Part shown: positions 46,401-57,174 of the stretch, piece after piece
Position numbering within the stretch: the stretch's first letter is position 1
Layout of the letters: every line of letters starts with the position of its first letter
Assembly: GCA_040437565.1 (NCBI GenBank)
Contig: JBDOQK010000064.1
Coordinates: 62,001 to 126,000, forward strand
DNA: 64,000 nucleotides
Direction: 5' to 3'
DNA from: Albugo candida
Lineage: Eukaryota
Program-made: the position numbers and the translations under genes
The notes under the pieces: generated by a model
What the model was told of the DNA's origin: nothing
The model's database searches: none
What the model saw: the letters and a program-made list of their open reading frames with translations, nothing else

Positions 46401-47186
46401 TTCTCATCTGAAGGTCTCCAGCTGGACCAAGTTCAAGGACGACTTGAATTCAAACGTGTGTATTTTAGTTATCCTACGCGTCCAGACCGGATGATTCTCT
46501 CCAAATATACATTGAGCATTCCTGCCGGTCAAACTGTGGCATTTTGTGGTCCAAGTGGTGGTGGAAAAAGCACGATAATCGCGCTTTTAGAGCGTTTCTA
46601 TGATCCTCTTTCCGGTACGATTCTGCTGGATGGGGTCGATATAAAACACCTGCAATTGCAGTGGCTTCGATCTCAATTCGGTTTGGTTGGACAAGAACCG
46701 ACGCTGTTTGTGGGTACGATAACTGAGAATCTTTTGTACGGACTTCCAATGGATCAAAAAGTCGATCAAACCAAAGTCATTGAGGCTGCGCGTATGGCGA
46801 ACGCTCACGAATTTATAATGAATTTCCCGGACGGATATCATACGCAAGTGGGCATGAAAGGTGAGCAGTTATCCGGTGGTCAAAAGCAACGAATTGCGAT
46901 CGCTCGAGCCATTCTTAAAGACCCAAAAATACTGCTTCTCGATGAGGCGACGAGCGCGTTGGATTATGAGAGTGAAAAAATTGTGCAGGAAGCGTTGGAT
47001 ACGATTGTGACGATGCGCGCGAGGACGACGTTGATCATTGCGCATCGTTTGTCGACGATACGAAAAGCTGATAAAATTTGCGTTGTGAGTGGCGGACGCA
47101 TTGCGGAAGAAGGCACGCATGACGAATTGCTCCGCCGCAATGGGATTTATAAGCGGTTGATTTCAAGTGGTCAGGCAGACGCATGA
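43431..47186 (+). CDS. Full-size ABCB (MDR/P-glycoprotein) transporter, intronless
   Basis: TMD-NBD-TMD-NBD layout; Walker A GASGGGKS and GPSGGGKS, LSGGQKQRIAIARA twice, LDEATSALD twice. Confidence 0.97.
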   Translation: MEPKSLQTPHETLDSTFSDALERKETTPFAFRDLYRYATTKDHILLFFGILLTCVNGALFPCMALIFGEAISSFQPYRQHKINQNSILFFGVAILLFVTDYASYLAFQTTSKRQIKRLREHVLDHLLHLEIQWYDQHDALQLSSRLVGDTVKIQDGMGQKLGDSIRFSAQFVTGYTIGFSKGWDISLVMACVLPCIGFSLGSLIKLLRARSERSQKVYAEAGAIAEETLSSMRTVVSNNGHDRAMNNFSEKIRIAEKDNIQVGRFSSIVFGVFYCSMWLMYAAGLWYGGWKVSNAKTSPGRVFQAFYGILIGSLSMAQISPNISAVTQAKGAAVAIYEILATTSTIDASKGDGLIPSRCDGDIRVEQVDFSYPSRPQVKIMKEYSVHIESGQTVAFVGASGGGKSTLVSLLERFYRPNSGTLFLDGNDIQTLNLKWLRAQIGLVSQEPVLFATTIFENIALGGKASSQSCTHQQIEAAAKLASAHDFIMSLPQQYETLVGEKGVSLSGGQKQRIAIARAIVREPKILILDEATSALDNESERSVQAALLNLVEQSTMTTIVIAHRLSTVRHADKIVVLADGSVVEEGSHDALISIPQGIYRRLYTTQEESSSESSKSEQIQPASPLSSIHHDTELSASEHEQNHPISQENVATSRFQWKKLAGLCRPDSKYFIVGLVSSAICGFSFPGSSLLLSGVITTMTEKYAAYLVSLNADNLKQLYHTVRMYAAIYIGGSVVLMIATAIQQFCFKFMAEKLTTRLRNMHFRALCRQNIGFFDQTKHAAGALSTQLASDATKVALLFGDSQGRLVQAAFTCVLALVISFVLGSWLLSFVMLAIFPLLIAGQYFRMQHISNGVQGDDMAEAGAYAAQALSNIRTVVSLGLEITTCQEYRRLLDLTEPTSSRQAHVNGLALGFSSFITFAAYSLVFWTGGQLIKHGHINFEELMRTLMCIMMSAQSIGPAMSYFADMDSGKAAAASIFQLVERDVPIDSFSSEGLQLDQVQGRLEFKRVYFSYPTRPDRMILSKYTLSIPAGQTVAFCGPSGGGKSTIIALLERFYDPLSGTILLDGVDIKHLQLQWLRSQFGLVGQEPTLFVGTITENLLYGLPMDQKVDQTKVIEAARMANAHEFIMNFPDGYHTQVGMKGEQLSGGQKQRIAIARAILKDPKILLLDEATSALDYESEKIVQEALDTIVTMRARTTLIIAHRLSTIRKADKICVVSGGRIAEEGTHDELLRRNGIYKRLISSGQADA

Positions 47187-47293
47187 GGTCGATGGAGGAC
47201 GCGTTTCTTCGTCGAAATGACAGAGTGAAGTTGAAGTTGAAGTTTGCAAAATGCGCGGGAAGCAACTTCAATATCTCTGTTCATTTATATCCT

Positions 47294-48181
<888 letters not shown>

Positions 48182-48276
48182 CTTTAACGCTTTTGCGTTC
48201 TGTAAAGCGGCTTACCACGGTCCTGCCGTGAACCGCGGTTCAGTTTCATGTTACAGGCTAGTCGGTGACTGGTGCA

Positions 48277-50475
48277 ATGAAGAATGTCATAGGACAAATT
48301 GTAGAGGAAACCTTAAGCGAATTAGAAGAATGCGTGCTAGTATACATCACATCCATTATCACAGAGCAACTCGAAGAGACCCTCAATTCTACTCACTATC
48401 ATCACTTATCAGCAAGCGATCAAAGAGCTCATTTATGTCAAGTCTTTGAGCCCTTAGTGCTTCCATTCATCGTGGAATCGAATCCATTATCAGCCAATGA
48501 AGAGCAATCACTTCAACTATTTCAACGCCTCCTCCAAAAATTACTGGAGGCTGATTTTATCCAATCACATAACACCTCCACCTTGCCGCGCGAAATCCGA
48601 ACTCTTGAAAATGCGCAATCGATCGAAGAAATCGCACGTCACGAGCGTGGGATGCAAGAGACTACAGCGCTCATGGATCGAATGTGGGGCTTCGATCGTA
48701 TCCGTAAGACCACAAATGCAGAAATGGAGTCACAACTCTCAACACAGTCCGCTCGGCAAGTGCGAAAACAGCAAAAAATGGATAAAATCAGTGATGAAAA
48801 AGAGCAATTAATGGCGCAGGAAGACGCAGATTGGGAGAATACTCGCGTATTACCTGATTTGAGTAAAGACACTGGCGAAAAGGACATTCATGTGCACCAA
48901 TTGACCATCAATTTCAAAGGGAAGACATTGCTTGCGGACGCAGCTCTGAAGCTTTCTTCCGGAAGACGATACGGACTCATTGGGAAAAATGGGGCGGGAA
49001 AAACGACACTATTGCGATTCATATCGCATTACGAAATTGAGAATTTTCCCCGACATGTGAGGATCCAACACGTGGAACAGGAGTCTGCATCGAAACTCAG
49101 TTTAGAGCGTAAAAGTGTGATTGAAGTCGTGTTGGAAGCAGATTATGAGCGTCATGTGCTGCTAAAAGAAGAACAAGAGCTTCTGGCGGGTGGAAATCAA
49201 TCGAAAGATTCGAGTACTCGTTTGAAGCAGATTTATGATCGCTTAGTCGAAATCGAAGCAGACTCAGCTGAAACACGTGCAAGAAGCATTTTGAAAGGAC
49301 TTCAGTTTTCCGACTCGGTGCTTCAAGGTCCCGCTTGTGCGCTTTCTGGAGGTTGGAGAATGCGAACAGCATTAGCTGGTGCTTTGTTTATGTCGCCAGA
49401 TCTTTTATTGCTCGATGAACCGACAAATCATTTAGATTTAGAAGCGGTGATATGGCTGGAGCACTATTTGGAAAAGTACGATAAAACGATGATTGTGGTC
49501 TCACATGATCGAAAGTTTCTCAATGCGATTTGCACGGATATCATTCATCTGGCGAATCAAAAGCTCACGTACTACAAAGGTGACTACAACACTTTTGAAC
49601 GGACAATGAAAGAAAATTTAAGGCAACAACGAAAGGCCTTTGAAGCCCAACAGATGAAAATCAAGCACATGCAAGATTTCATTGATCGATTTCGTGCCAA
49701 TGCGAAGAAAGCGCCACTGGTACAATCGCGAGTCAAAGCTCTGGATAAGATTTTGCGTACGGAATTGATTGAAGAACCCGAAGATGCTCGAGCTTTCCGC
49801 ATGCACTTTCCGCCTCCCGAGCCGCTGGGTCGACCTGTGGTCGCTGTAGATGGTATCTCCTTTCGATACAACGCGGAATCACCGCTTCTATTCGATAATG
49901 TGCACATGGGAATCGATCTGTCGAGTCGAATCGGAATCTTGGGCGTAAATGGCTCTGGAAAATCAACATTAATCAACATTGTTTTGGGCAAATTACAGCC
50001 TACAAGCGGCACAGTCACACTCAATCCGCGTCTGCGCATCTCAACGTTCACCCAGCATCATATCGATTCCTTGGATCTTGCGAAATCTGCAGTCGAAAAC
50101 ATGCGGAAGTTGTATCCTGGTCACGAAAATGACGAATTTCGAAATCATCTGGGCCGTTTTAATCTCTCGGGCGATTTGGCAATGAAGCCGACACGAACAC
50201 TTTCCGGTGGACAAAAATCACGTGTGGGGTTTGCTATCATGACGTGGAGATTACCACATCTCGTTGTCTTGGATGAGCCAACAAATCACTTGGACATGGA
50301 GACAATTGACGCACTGATTGACGCGCTACGCGATTACAAAGGAGGAGTGATGATCGTATCTCATGACCAGCATTTCGTGAACAGCGTTTGCCAAGAGTTA
50401 TGGGTTGTGGAGAATCGTCAAGTTGCTCGATTCGAAGGATCTATCGTGGACTACAAAAATCGCGTCCTCAAGTAA
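48277..50475 (+). CDS. ABCF3: ABCF3/GCN20-like soluble ABC-F ATPase
   Basis: Two NBDs and no TMD: GKNGAGKT, LSGGWRMR, LDEPTNHLD; GVNGSGKS, LSGGQKSR. Confidence 0.93.
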   Translation: MKNVIGQIVEETLSELEECVLVYITSIITEQLEETLNSTHYHHLSASDQRAHLCQVFEPLVLPFIVESNPLSANEEQSLQLFQRLLQKLLEADFIQSHNTSTLPREIRTLENAQSIEEIARHERGMQETTALMDRMWGFDRIRKTTNAEMESQLSTQSARQVRKQQKMDKISDEKEQLMAQEDADWENTRVLPDLSKDTGEKDIHVHQLTINFKGKTLLADAALKLSSGRRYGLIGKNGAGKTTLLRFISHYEIENFPRHVRIQHVEQESASKLSLERKSVIEVVLEADYERHVLLKEEQELLAGGNQSKDSSTRLKQIYDRLVEIEADSAETRARSILKGLQFSDSVLQGPACALSGGWRMRTALAGALFMSPDLLLLDEPTNHLDLEAVIWLEHYLEKYDKTMIVVSHDRKFLNAICTDIIHLANQKLTYYKGDYNTFERTMKENLRQQRKAFEAQQMKIKHMQDFIDRFRANAKKAPLVQSRVKALDKILRTELIEEPEDARAFRMHFPPPEPLGRPVVAVDGISFRYNAESPLLFDNVHMGIDLSSRIGILGVNGSGKSTLINIVLGKLQPTSGTVTLNPRLRISTFTQHHIDSLDLAKSAVENMRKLYPGHENDEFRNHLGRFNLSGDLAMKPTRTLSGGQKSRVGFAIMTWRLPHLVVLDEPTNHLDMETIDALIDALRDYKGGVMIVSHDQHFVNSVCQELWVVENRQVARFEGSIVDYKNRVLK

Positions 50476-50509
50476 GCGTGAAATTCATTGTAAAGACTGC
50501 ATTGTCGAA

Positions 50510-53500
50510 TCAATTTTTGGTCCGATTTGCCAATTTCGGTATTTTCTCTCGAGTATCCACAACGCCGTTTGGGAAACCCCGCTCCTTTACGTGTGCGCCC
50601 AAACTCATTTTCTCGAGTTTGGGAAGCGCTTTTCTCATTTTTGCATCCTCCATGACAGTCTGACGTGAAGCAATGGAATAGACCTGTGAATGTGTCGGTG
50701 ACACACTTGAAAAGCGATCCAGCAGAGCTTTCTTCATATCGTTATCCTGCAAGAGCTTGTACGATCCCGTCACAATGTCAGGCTTCAAGACCCGGGGACG
50801 GATTCCCGCGCCCTCTTTACCCGAAACTATACCGCGAATATGTCCATTGTCCGAGTCTGAGGCGCTACTGGCCAGCGGTCGAAGTTTCAGATCGGTACGT
50901 CCGTCAATTTCTCGAGAATCGCCCACATTGAAGTCGATCTCGAGCATTGTCTGCAGGCTACCGGCATCTATGACGGTCACAGTCCAATCCGGAGGGTCTG
51001 TGGGCTGTAGTAGTACGCCTTCTGTGTAATGTGAGAGTTTCTGCGGCTCTTTTGTTTCGACGGCTTCTTGTAGTCGGGGAGCTACAATTTCATGTAAGGC
51101 GATTTCAATAGACCCGAGTTGTTGTATGTGCTGATGCGTGTCCCCGAGAGCCGAAATGGCTGATACGATTCCTTCCTGCAGGACGGAATACGAGTCTTCC
51201 TCGCTATTGCCCTGTATCAGTAGCCGCTGTAGTGTCAAGGAGCAAGCGTGACGCTTAAGTAGACTTAGAGGCGGAATTGTGCCTAACCGAAGCAAGTTTT
51301 TGACTCCATGCCGCCTTAGAATTTCAAGGTGACACTCGGGGATGTCACAGAGGTTGTGTAGCGCTATGACAACGTGTTCCTGGGTCTCAAGGCTCGATGA
51401 GTTTGACAGAGCTAATAAAAGCCCAATACACATCAACTGGGCTGAGAAGCGTTCGTTTCGTATTTCGACATAGTTATCGCTTTGTGTATCTCTGCTCGGT
51501 CGTGATAGATTTCGAGTCAGGATGGAGCAATAGAGCGCAAAGGCTTCCCCTTTGATGTCCAAAATATCTTCAAATGGCGACCTGGGTCCTCCTGTTGTCG
51601 CCAGGGACACGATAGTATCCAGGACGTTATCTCGAAGCATCGCACCTTGGCAGATTTCACACTCGCTCAGCTTTGCCATTGCATAAAGAATGCGTACGAG
51701 GATACTGCTTGGAAGCACCTCACCTTCATCCGAGGTCGATTCGACCTTTATAGCGCTTTTGGCGATCGAATATAGGATGCGAATGATACCGTCGTGAACG
51801 AGGCGTTCTTGTATCAATCCTTCTGTAGCGTCCATCTGAGCGAGATCACAAACCAATTCGGCTGCCACTCGCAATGTATCGACTTTGTATGCCATTGCCG
51901 GAAGCGTTAGTAAGGCTGCGAGAGTAAGCACACCTCCACATTCAATAAAACGCTGCTGATTTACTGAGGAGAATAGAAGGAGATTGCGGAGTACAAAAAC
52001 GCAAGCTCCAGCCGTACCAACGCACGAGGCCTTTGACTGCTGCAAAGTGAAGTTTAAAATCTCACACATGTTCGCCATTCCATTGTCATTGCCCTGGAAT
52101 TCACCTTTCGTCATAATTGTTAGCGCCGAGACATAGCCGCTTAAATGTGCAAGTGACTTGGCAGCGTATTCTCGGGTGAGGTCATCACCCAGCTGCAATA
52201 AGTACACGAGAGTTGGCACTACTGCATTGGCTTTCCGAAGGAGAACAGACACCAAGTCTAAAGACTGATCCGTGTGAGACATTGTGATGTTGTAATATGC
52301 GTTGGCAACGTACGAAGCGCCTACAGCGTCCTGCACGTCAGATAGACTCTGCAGCAGCAAAAGAATACCATCATGGACAATACGCGTGGAGAAGCCTGGC
52401 CAGGATGCAAAGTTTCGAAGTATCCCACAGAGCTGCCGTTTATCGGATGCCGTGAGCTGACAATTTTGCATCATAGCCGCTAAAGATTTGATCATTTCCA
52501 TCTCCACGAGTAATGTGGAGACAATATGTCTCCCTTCCGTGCGAGTGGCAAGCGTCAGATTATACAGAGCGCGAAGACTCAGTTGCCGTATCTCGGGGCT
52601 GCTTTGACTCGTGGAAAGCTTGAAAAGTGAAAAGAAGACTCCACGTCGGATCATCTCATTGTGTCTCGCCTCGTTTGCGAGTAAGTTAAATAGAGCCTTG
52701 GCTCCAACTTGCTTGATTAAAATGCCATTCACGCGTAAGAGAATCATCACGGTGAAGTCTTCAATCGTGTCCGCCAGCCAGATATCCCTGACACCGTCCG
52801 CTACGAATGCACTGGCAAGGTTACAGATGCATACAGACCCATACAGCTGAGCAGCAGGAAGTCCAGATCGAAGAATAGAGTTCAGAGTAGTCAAAATACT
52901 GGAACAGGCCATGCAGGTAGTGAGACCTTGTTGGGTGACACAAAGTCTTGCAAGAATCAGAGCACAATGCATGTTTGCAGCGTTGCGCAGATCACGCTCT
53001 TCCTTTGTGCATTGAGAAGTTTTCTTCACCACGTGACTTGCTATCAATACGACCGATGCAACTAAGCAAGCAAGCGTCGATTGATCCGACTGGGCTCGTG
53101 CTTCTTGAACTCTAGGATGTTTGAGCACTATCGGCTGTAGTTGATGCAGTAGTTTGACGGACATGTAATAAAATTCTTCAACCAAAGCGTTTTCATCTGT
53201 TCCTCGTTTACGAATATCCTTTGACGCAAGGCTAATAGCATGATGGAGTACTTCCACAAGGTCCTGCTCTAACAGCTGATGGCTGTTCTCTATGTCAATA
53301 GCAAGATTAGATAATGTCTGTAGACTCAGGAGCCACATGGAATACGTCTCAATCGCTTTTGTACTCTCCACTTGTCTCAATACGTTGACGAGAAAGAGCT
53401 CAACGTGTTCACTATACAAGACGGAATAGTTGTCAGGCTGGGCAGAAAGTTCATAAAAGAATTCGAGACAGTTGCCACACAGTGGAACGTTTCCAACATT

Positions 53501-56500
53501 CCGTAAAGCAAAACTGAGCATTGTCGGAACAGTTGCGAATGTTTGTCCAACTGTTCCACTTGATTGAGCAACTATTTCTATTCCATCATTTGTTTNNNNN
53601 NNNNNNNNNNNNNNNNNNNNNNNNNNNNNNNNNNNNNNNNNNNNNNNNNNNNNNNNNNNNNNNNNNNNNNNNNNNNNNNNNNNNNNNNNNNNNNNAATAT
53701 GTCTCCCTTCCGTGCGAGTGGCAAGCGTCAGATTATACAGAGCGCGAAGACTCAGTTGCCGTATCTCGGGGCTGCTTTGACTCGTGGAAAGCTTGAAAAG
53801 TGAAAAGAAGACTCCACGTCGGATCATCTCATTGTGTCTCGCCTCGTTTGCGAGTAAGTTAAATAGAGCCTTGGCTCCAACTTGCTTGATTAAAATGCCA
53901 TTCACGCGTAAGAGAATCATCACGGTGAAGTCTTCAATCGTGTCCGCCAGCCAGATATCCCTGACACCGTCCGCTACGAATGCACTGGCAAGGTTACAGA
54001 TGCATACAGACCCATACAGCTGAGCAGCAGGAAGTCCAGATCGAAGAATAGAGTTCAGAGTAGTCAAAATACTGGAACAGGCCATGCAGGTAGTGAGACC
54101 TTGTTGGGTGACACAAAGTCTTGCAAGAATCAGAGCACAATGCATGTTTGCAGCGTTGCGCAGATCACGCTCTTCCTTTGTGCATTGAGAAGTTTTCTTC
54201 ACCACGTGACTTGCTATCAATACGACCGATGCAACTAAGCAAGCAAGCGTCGATTGATCCGACTGGGCTCGTGCTTCTTGAACTCTAGGATGTTTGAGCA
54301 CTATCGGCTGTAGTTGATGCAGTAGTTTGACGGACATGTAATAAAATTCTTCAACCAAAGCGTTTTCATCTGTTCCTCGTTTACGAATATCCTTTGACGC
54401 AAGGCTAATAGCATGATGGAGTACTTCCACAAGGTCCTGCTCTAACAGCTGATGGCTGTTCTCTATGTCAATAGCAAGATTAGATAATGTCTGTAGACTC
54501 AGGAGCCACATGGAATACGTCTCAATCGCTTTTGTACTCTCCACTTGTCTCAATACGTTGACGAGAAAGAGCTCAACGTGTTCACTATACAAGACGGAAT
54601 AGTTGTCAGGCTGGGCAGAAAGTTCATAAAAGAATTCGAGACAGTTGCCACACAGTGGAACGTTTCCAACATTCCGTAAAGCAAAACTGAGCATTGTCGG
54701 AACAGTTGCGAATGTTTGTCCAACTGTTCCACTTGATTGAGCAACTATTTCTATTCCATCATTTGTTTGTCCCACTCTTGTAAGTTGCCCTCTAAGCGCT
54801 GCATCTTTTGCAATCAAAAGCATTGCATGAATACAGGCGCACTGGATTTCCATGTCTGTTCTTGACGATGACACCTTGCAGATCAATGAGAAGAAAGTCG
54901 GTATCACACCTTCTTGCACAACTTGATGGAAATTTTTGGTGCTGAGCATCAACTGACTGAGCGCCACAACGCAATCTAGCTTCAAAAGAAGCATTGCTTC
55001 CTGGTGTTTCAGAGTGTCATACCAATCGGCTGACTGTAGTGAGCGCAGTAGTAGAGACACACTTCCTGCATGTAATACGGGTTCTCGACAACGATCCTCC
55101 AAAGCGAGGTTCGCAAGACATATAAAGCAAAGCTTCTCGCTTTCGTGAAATTTCTCAAAATACTCTGAATCCTTCCGGTTAATCTGACTCAAGGCAGCGA
55201 TAATGTAATCAAGGACCCAATCTGTATCTGTGAGACGCGTCTTTAGTCGAGCATTGCCACAAAAATATGCTAAAGCCATCAAGCAATTCTTTTGAATTTC
55301 TTTCGCCGAACCCGGTCGTCCAGCCTTCAAGATGACATTTTCCTTGATCTCATTGCCTTCCGTATCATTTTGAAGGGACCGTAAAGGGTCTGAAAACTTT
55401 TTAAGTAGGGAGAAAGCCCCTTGTTTCACCATAACTTCCTGATTCCCTGTAAATGCTGACAGGTTGCACAACACGCAGCTCATGATGTATCGTACCTGCA
55501 AGCTTTCAGAGTCAGATAAGGAAGCAATCGATGTCATTGCCCCATCTTCAATCAACGTGGACCGTGTTGTCACGAGGATGGACAGATTCAAGAGGCCTTG
55601 TGCCAGATTAAGTTCTCGAGTCTCATCCGCTGGCAAACGATCGTCTGTACCAAGCGATTCGTCTTTTCCTCTTAGAAGCGTTGCCAAAGTGGATAACATA
55701 CTGTCACATGAAACTGCCCTAGGGATTTCGGCCAAATTGATCAAAGCATTCAGACAGGCTTGACGTACGTCACTAGAATTAGTGGACATGGTCATCATTT
55801 GCGACAAAACCAGAGCTCCTCCATCATGAACGACACGAGAATGATACAATTCGTCCGTTGTAAATCGTAAAAGCATTCTCGCACAGAAAGTTTTAATAAA
55901 AAACGGGAATTGTTGCGTGACGATATGAGACAGCTCGACGATCATCGTCACGATCCCTTCCTCTAGAAGCTTTGTGTAAATCTCTTTGTTTCTCGTGCAA
56001 GTCATATTAAACAAAGTTGCAGCCGTATACAAGCGAATGAAAGGATCCTCCATTTTGGACAGGATCGTTAGAGTTGATAATGCACCTTCGTGGAGTAATT
56101 GATTCTCTGAGCCATCAAGACACGACAAGCTATGCAATCCTTGCACACATTTCTGCTTGAGTTCCTTTGAAAGACTTCCAATCTGTTGACTTGTGAGCCC
56201 GGTTGTATTCAGCGGAGATACTGGTGCAAGAGTTGGGCAACTAGCACTTCCACGGAGCAAGTTGAATGCGCCATTTTCCTTTTCTATGTGCATCCCTTTA
56301 TCTTTCAACTCCTCCTCAACAAAGTTCTGAGCATTGTTTACAGGCTCCGTGATACTTTCGGACCTTTCATTGTGAGCTTGTAAAGTCTCCAAATTGGGCA
56401 TCCATTTAGACCTGTCAATGCGAGATAAATAGAGCATACCTTCGTCGTATGTGCCCCGCTGATAAAACAAGTCGGCCTTTCCTCCGACCCGTCTGTTCGT

Positions 56501-56977
56501 CTTCATCTCCTCTTGTTCTTTGTTGATTTCACCAAACACAATGGATAGATTCGGACAATCTTTCTTGTTCTCAATCACTTGCGGAGTATAGAGTTTCAGC
56601 GCATCAACTTCGGCTTGTGATCCTGAATTGCCGCTTCCCGTTAGCGACACCATCTTGGCTCTATACTTTGCATGAGCTTCCTGTCTCCGTTTCTTATTCA
56701 AAGTCTCATGCTTAATATGCTGCAACAAAGCTCGAACGAGATCTTCTTTCTCGGGATGATCTCGCCAGAATCCCCGTTGACGATGTAATTTCCAATGCTT
56801 TACCAGTTCCTTGAGCTCCTCAATCCGAATAGGAGAATTTTGCGGATCTCTATGACGTGGAAATAGATTGTGCTTGATCAAATGTGTTCGCAACCCATCA
56901 ATTTCTTGATCATGGCGCAACGCAGCTAACCGATTCTCCATATTGGTCGCGCATTTTGGTACATAAAGACGTTCCAT
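50510..56977 (-). CDS. Large armadillo-repeat protein (about 1770 aa after removing the duplicated segment and gap)
   Basis: Many ARM-like repeats (e.g. AATLFNMT, ALINLA, CVLCNLS, KALFNLL, RALYNLT). Segment 52523-53595 is repeated at 53696-54768 across a gap. Confidence 0.8.
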   Translation of the reverse strand: MERLYVPKCATNMENRLAALRHDQEIDGLRTHLIKHNLFPRHRDPQNSPIRIEELKELVKHWKLHRQRGFWRDHPEKEDLVRALLQHIKHETLNKKRRQEAHAKYRAKMVSLTGSGNSGSQAEVDALKLYTPQVIENKKDCPNLSIVFGEINKEQEEMKTNRRVGGKADLFYQRGTYDEGMLYLSRIDRSKWMPNLETLQAHNERSESITEPVNNAQNFVEEELKDKGMHIEKENGAFNLLRGSASCPTLAPVSPLNTTGLTSQQIGSLSKELKQKCVQGLHSLSCLDGSENQLLHEGALSTLTILSKMEDPFIRLYTAATLFNMTCTRNKEIYTKLLEEGIVTMIVELSHIVTQQFPFFIKTFCARMLLRFTTDELYHSRVVHDGGALVLSQMMTMSTNSSDVRQACLNALINLAEIPRAVSCDSMLSTLATLLRGKDESLGTDDRLPADETRELNLAQGLLNLSILVTTRSTLIEDGAMTSIASLSDSESLQVRYIMSCVLCNLSAFTGNQEVMVKQGAFSLLKKFSDPLRSLQNDTEGNEIKENVILKAGRPGSAKEIQKNCLMALAYFCGNARLKTRLTDTDWVLDYIIAALSQINRKDSEYFEKFHESEKLCFICLANLALEDRCREPVLHAGSVSLLLRSLQSADWYDTLKHQEAMLLLKLDCVVALSQLMLSTKNFHQVVQEGVIPTFFSLICKVSSSRTDMEIQCACIHAMLLIAKDAALRGQLTRVGQTNDGIEIVAQSSGTVGQTFATVPTMLSFALRNVGNVPLCGNCLEFFYELSAQPDNYSVLYSEHVELFLVNVLRQVESTKAIETYSMWLLSLQTLSNLAIDIENSHQLLEQDLVEVLHHAISLASKDIRKRGTDENALVEEFYYMSVKLLHQLQPIVLKHPRVQEARAQSDQSTLACLVASVVLIASHVVKKTSQCTKEERDLRNAANMHCALILARLCVTQQGLTTCMACSSILTTLNSILRSGLPAAQLYGSVCICNLASAFVADGVRDIWLADTIEDFTVMILLRVNGILIKQVGAKALFNLLANEARHNEMIRRGVFFSLFKLSTSQSSPEIRQLSLRALYNLTLATRTEGRHIXXXXXXXXXXXXXXXXXXXXXXXXXXXXXXXXXXTNDGIEIVAQSSGTVGQTFATVPTMLSFALRNVGNVPLCGNCLEFFYELSAQPDNYSVLYSEHVELFLVNVLRQVESTKAIETYSMWLLSLQTLSNLAIDIENSHQLLEQDLVEVLHHAISLASKDIRKRGTDENALVEEFYYMSVKLLHQLQPIVLKHPRVQEARAQSDQSTLACLVASVVLIASHVVKKTSQCTKEERDLRNAANMHCALILARLCVTQQGLTTCMACSSILTTLNSILRSGLPAAQLYGSVCICNLASAFVADGVRDIWLADTIEDFTVMILLRVNGILIKQVGAKALFNLLANEARHNEMIRRGVFFSLFKLSTSQSSPEIRQLSLRALYNLTLATRTEGRHIVSTLLVEMEMIKSLAAMMQNCQLTASDKRQLCGILRNFASWPGFSTRIVHDGILLLLQSLSDVQDAVGASYVANAYYNITMSHTDQSLDLVSVLLRKANAVVPTLVYLLQLGDDLTREYAAKSLAHLSGYVSALTIMTKGEFQGNDNGMANMCEILNFTLQQSKASCVGTAGACVFVLRNLLLFSSVNQQRFIECGGVLTLAALLTLPAMAYKVDTLRVAAELVCDLAQMDATEGLIQERLVHDGIIRILYSIAKSAIKVESTSDEGEVLPSSILVRILYAMAKLSECEICQGAMLRDNVLDTIVSLATTGGPRSPFEDILDIKGEAFALYCSILTRNLSRPSRDTQSDNYVEIRNERFSAQLMCIGLLLALSNSSSLETQEHVVIALHNLCDIPECHLEILRRHGVKNLLRLGTIPPLSLLKRHACSLTLQRLLIQGNSEEDSYSVLQEGIVSAISALGDTHQHIQQLGSIEIALHEIVAPRLQEAVETKEPQKLSHYTEGVLLQPTDPPDWTVTVIDAGSLQTMLEIDFNVGDSREIDGRTDLKLRPLASSASDSDNGHIRGIVSGKEGAGIRPRVLKPDIVTGSYKLLQDNDMKKALLDRFSSVSPTHSQVYSIASRQTVMEDAKMRKALPKLEKMSLGAHVKERGFPNGVVDTREKIPKLANRTKN
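52523..54768. repeat. About 1.07-kb direct duplication flanking a 100-N gap (likely assembly overlap)
   Basis: 52523-53595 appears identical to 53696-54768. Confidence 0.9.
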
Positions 56978-57174
56978 TGTCAAATGAGACGCTAATGGCG
57001 CCGCGGACCCGCGAACGCTTCCGTTTCAGTCTAAATTTGTCAAAAATTAATTGCAATACATACCAATTAATTTTTCAATATATTGCAATTAATTGTAAAT
57101 TACGCAGGACTTTGAAAAATACAATGTATACAAATTCCAAGTATAATTGACAGTTGTACATTTCGACCTCACCA

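Noticed and set aside
52523-54768. Apparent internal tandem duplication of about 357 aa in the ARM protein
   Set aside because: The copies look identical and directly flank a 100-N gap, like ten other gaps in the window, so this is most likely an assembly overlap.
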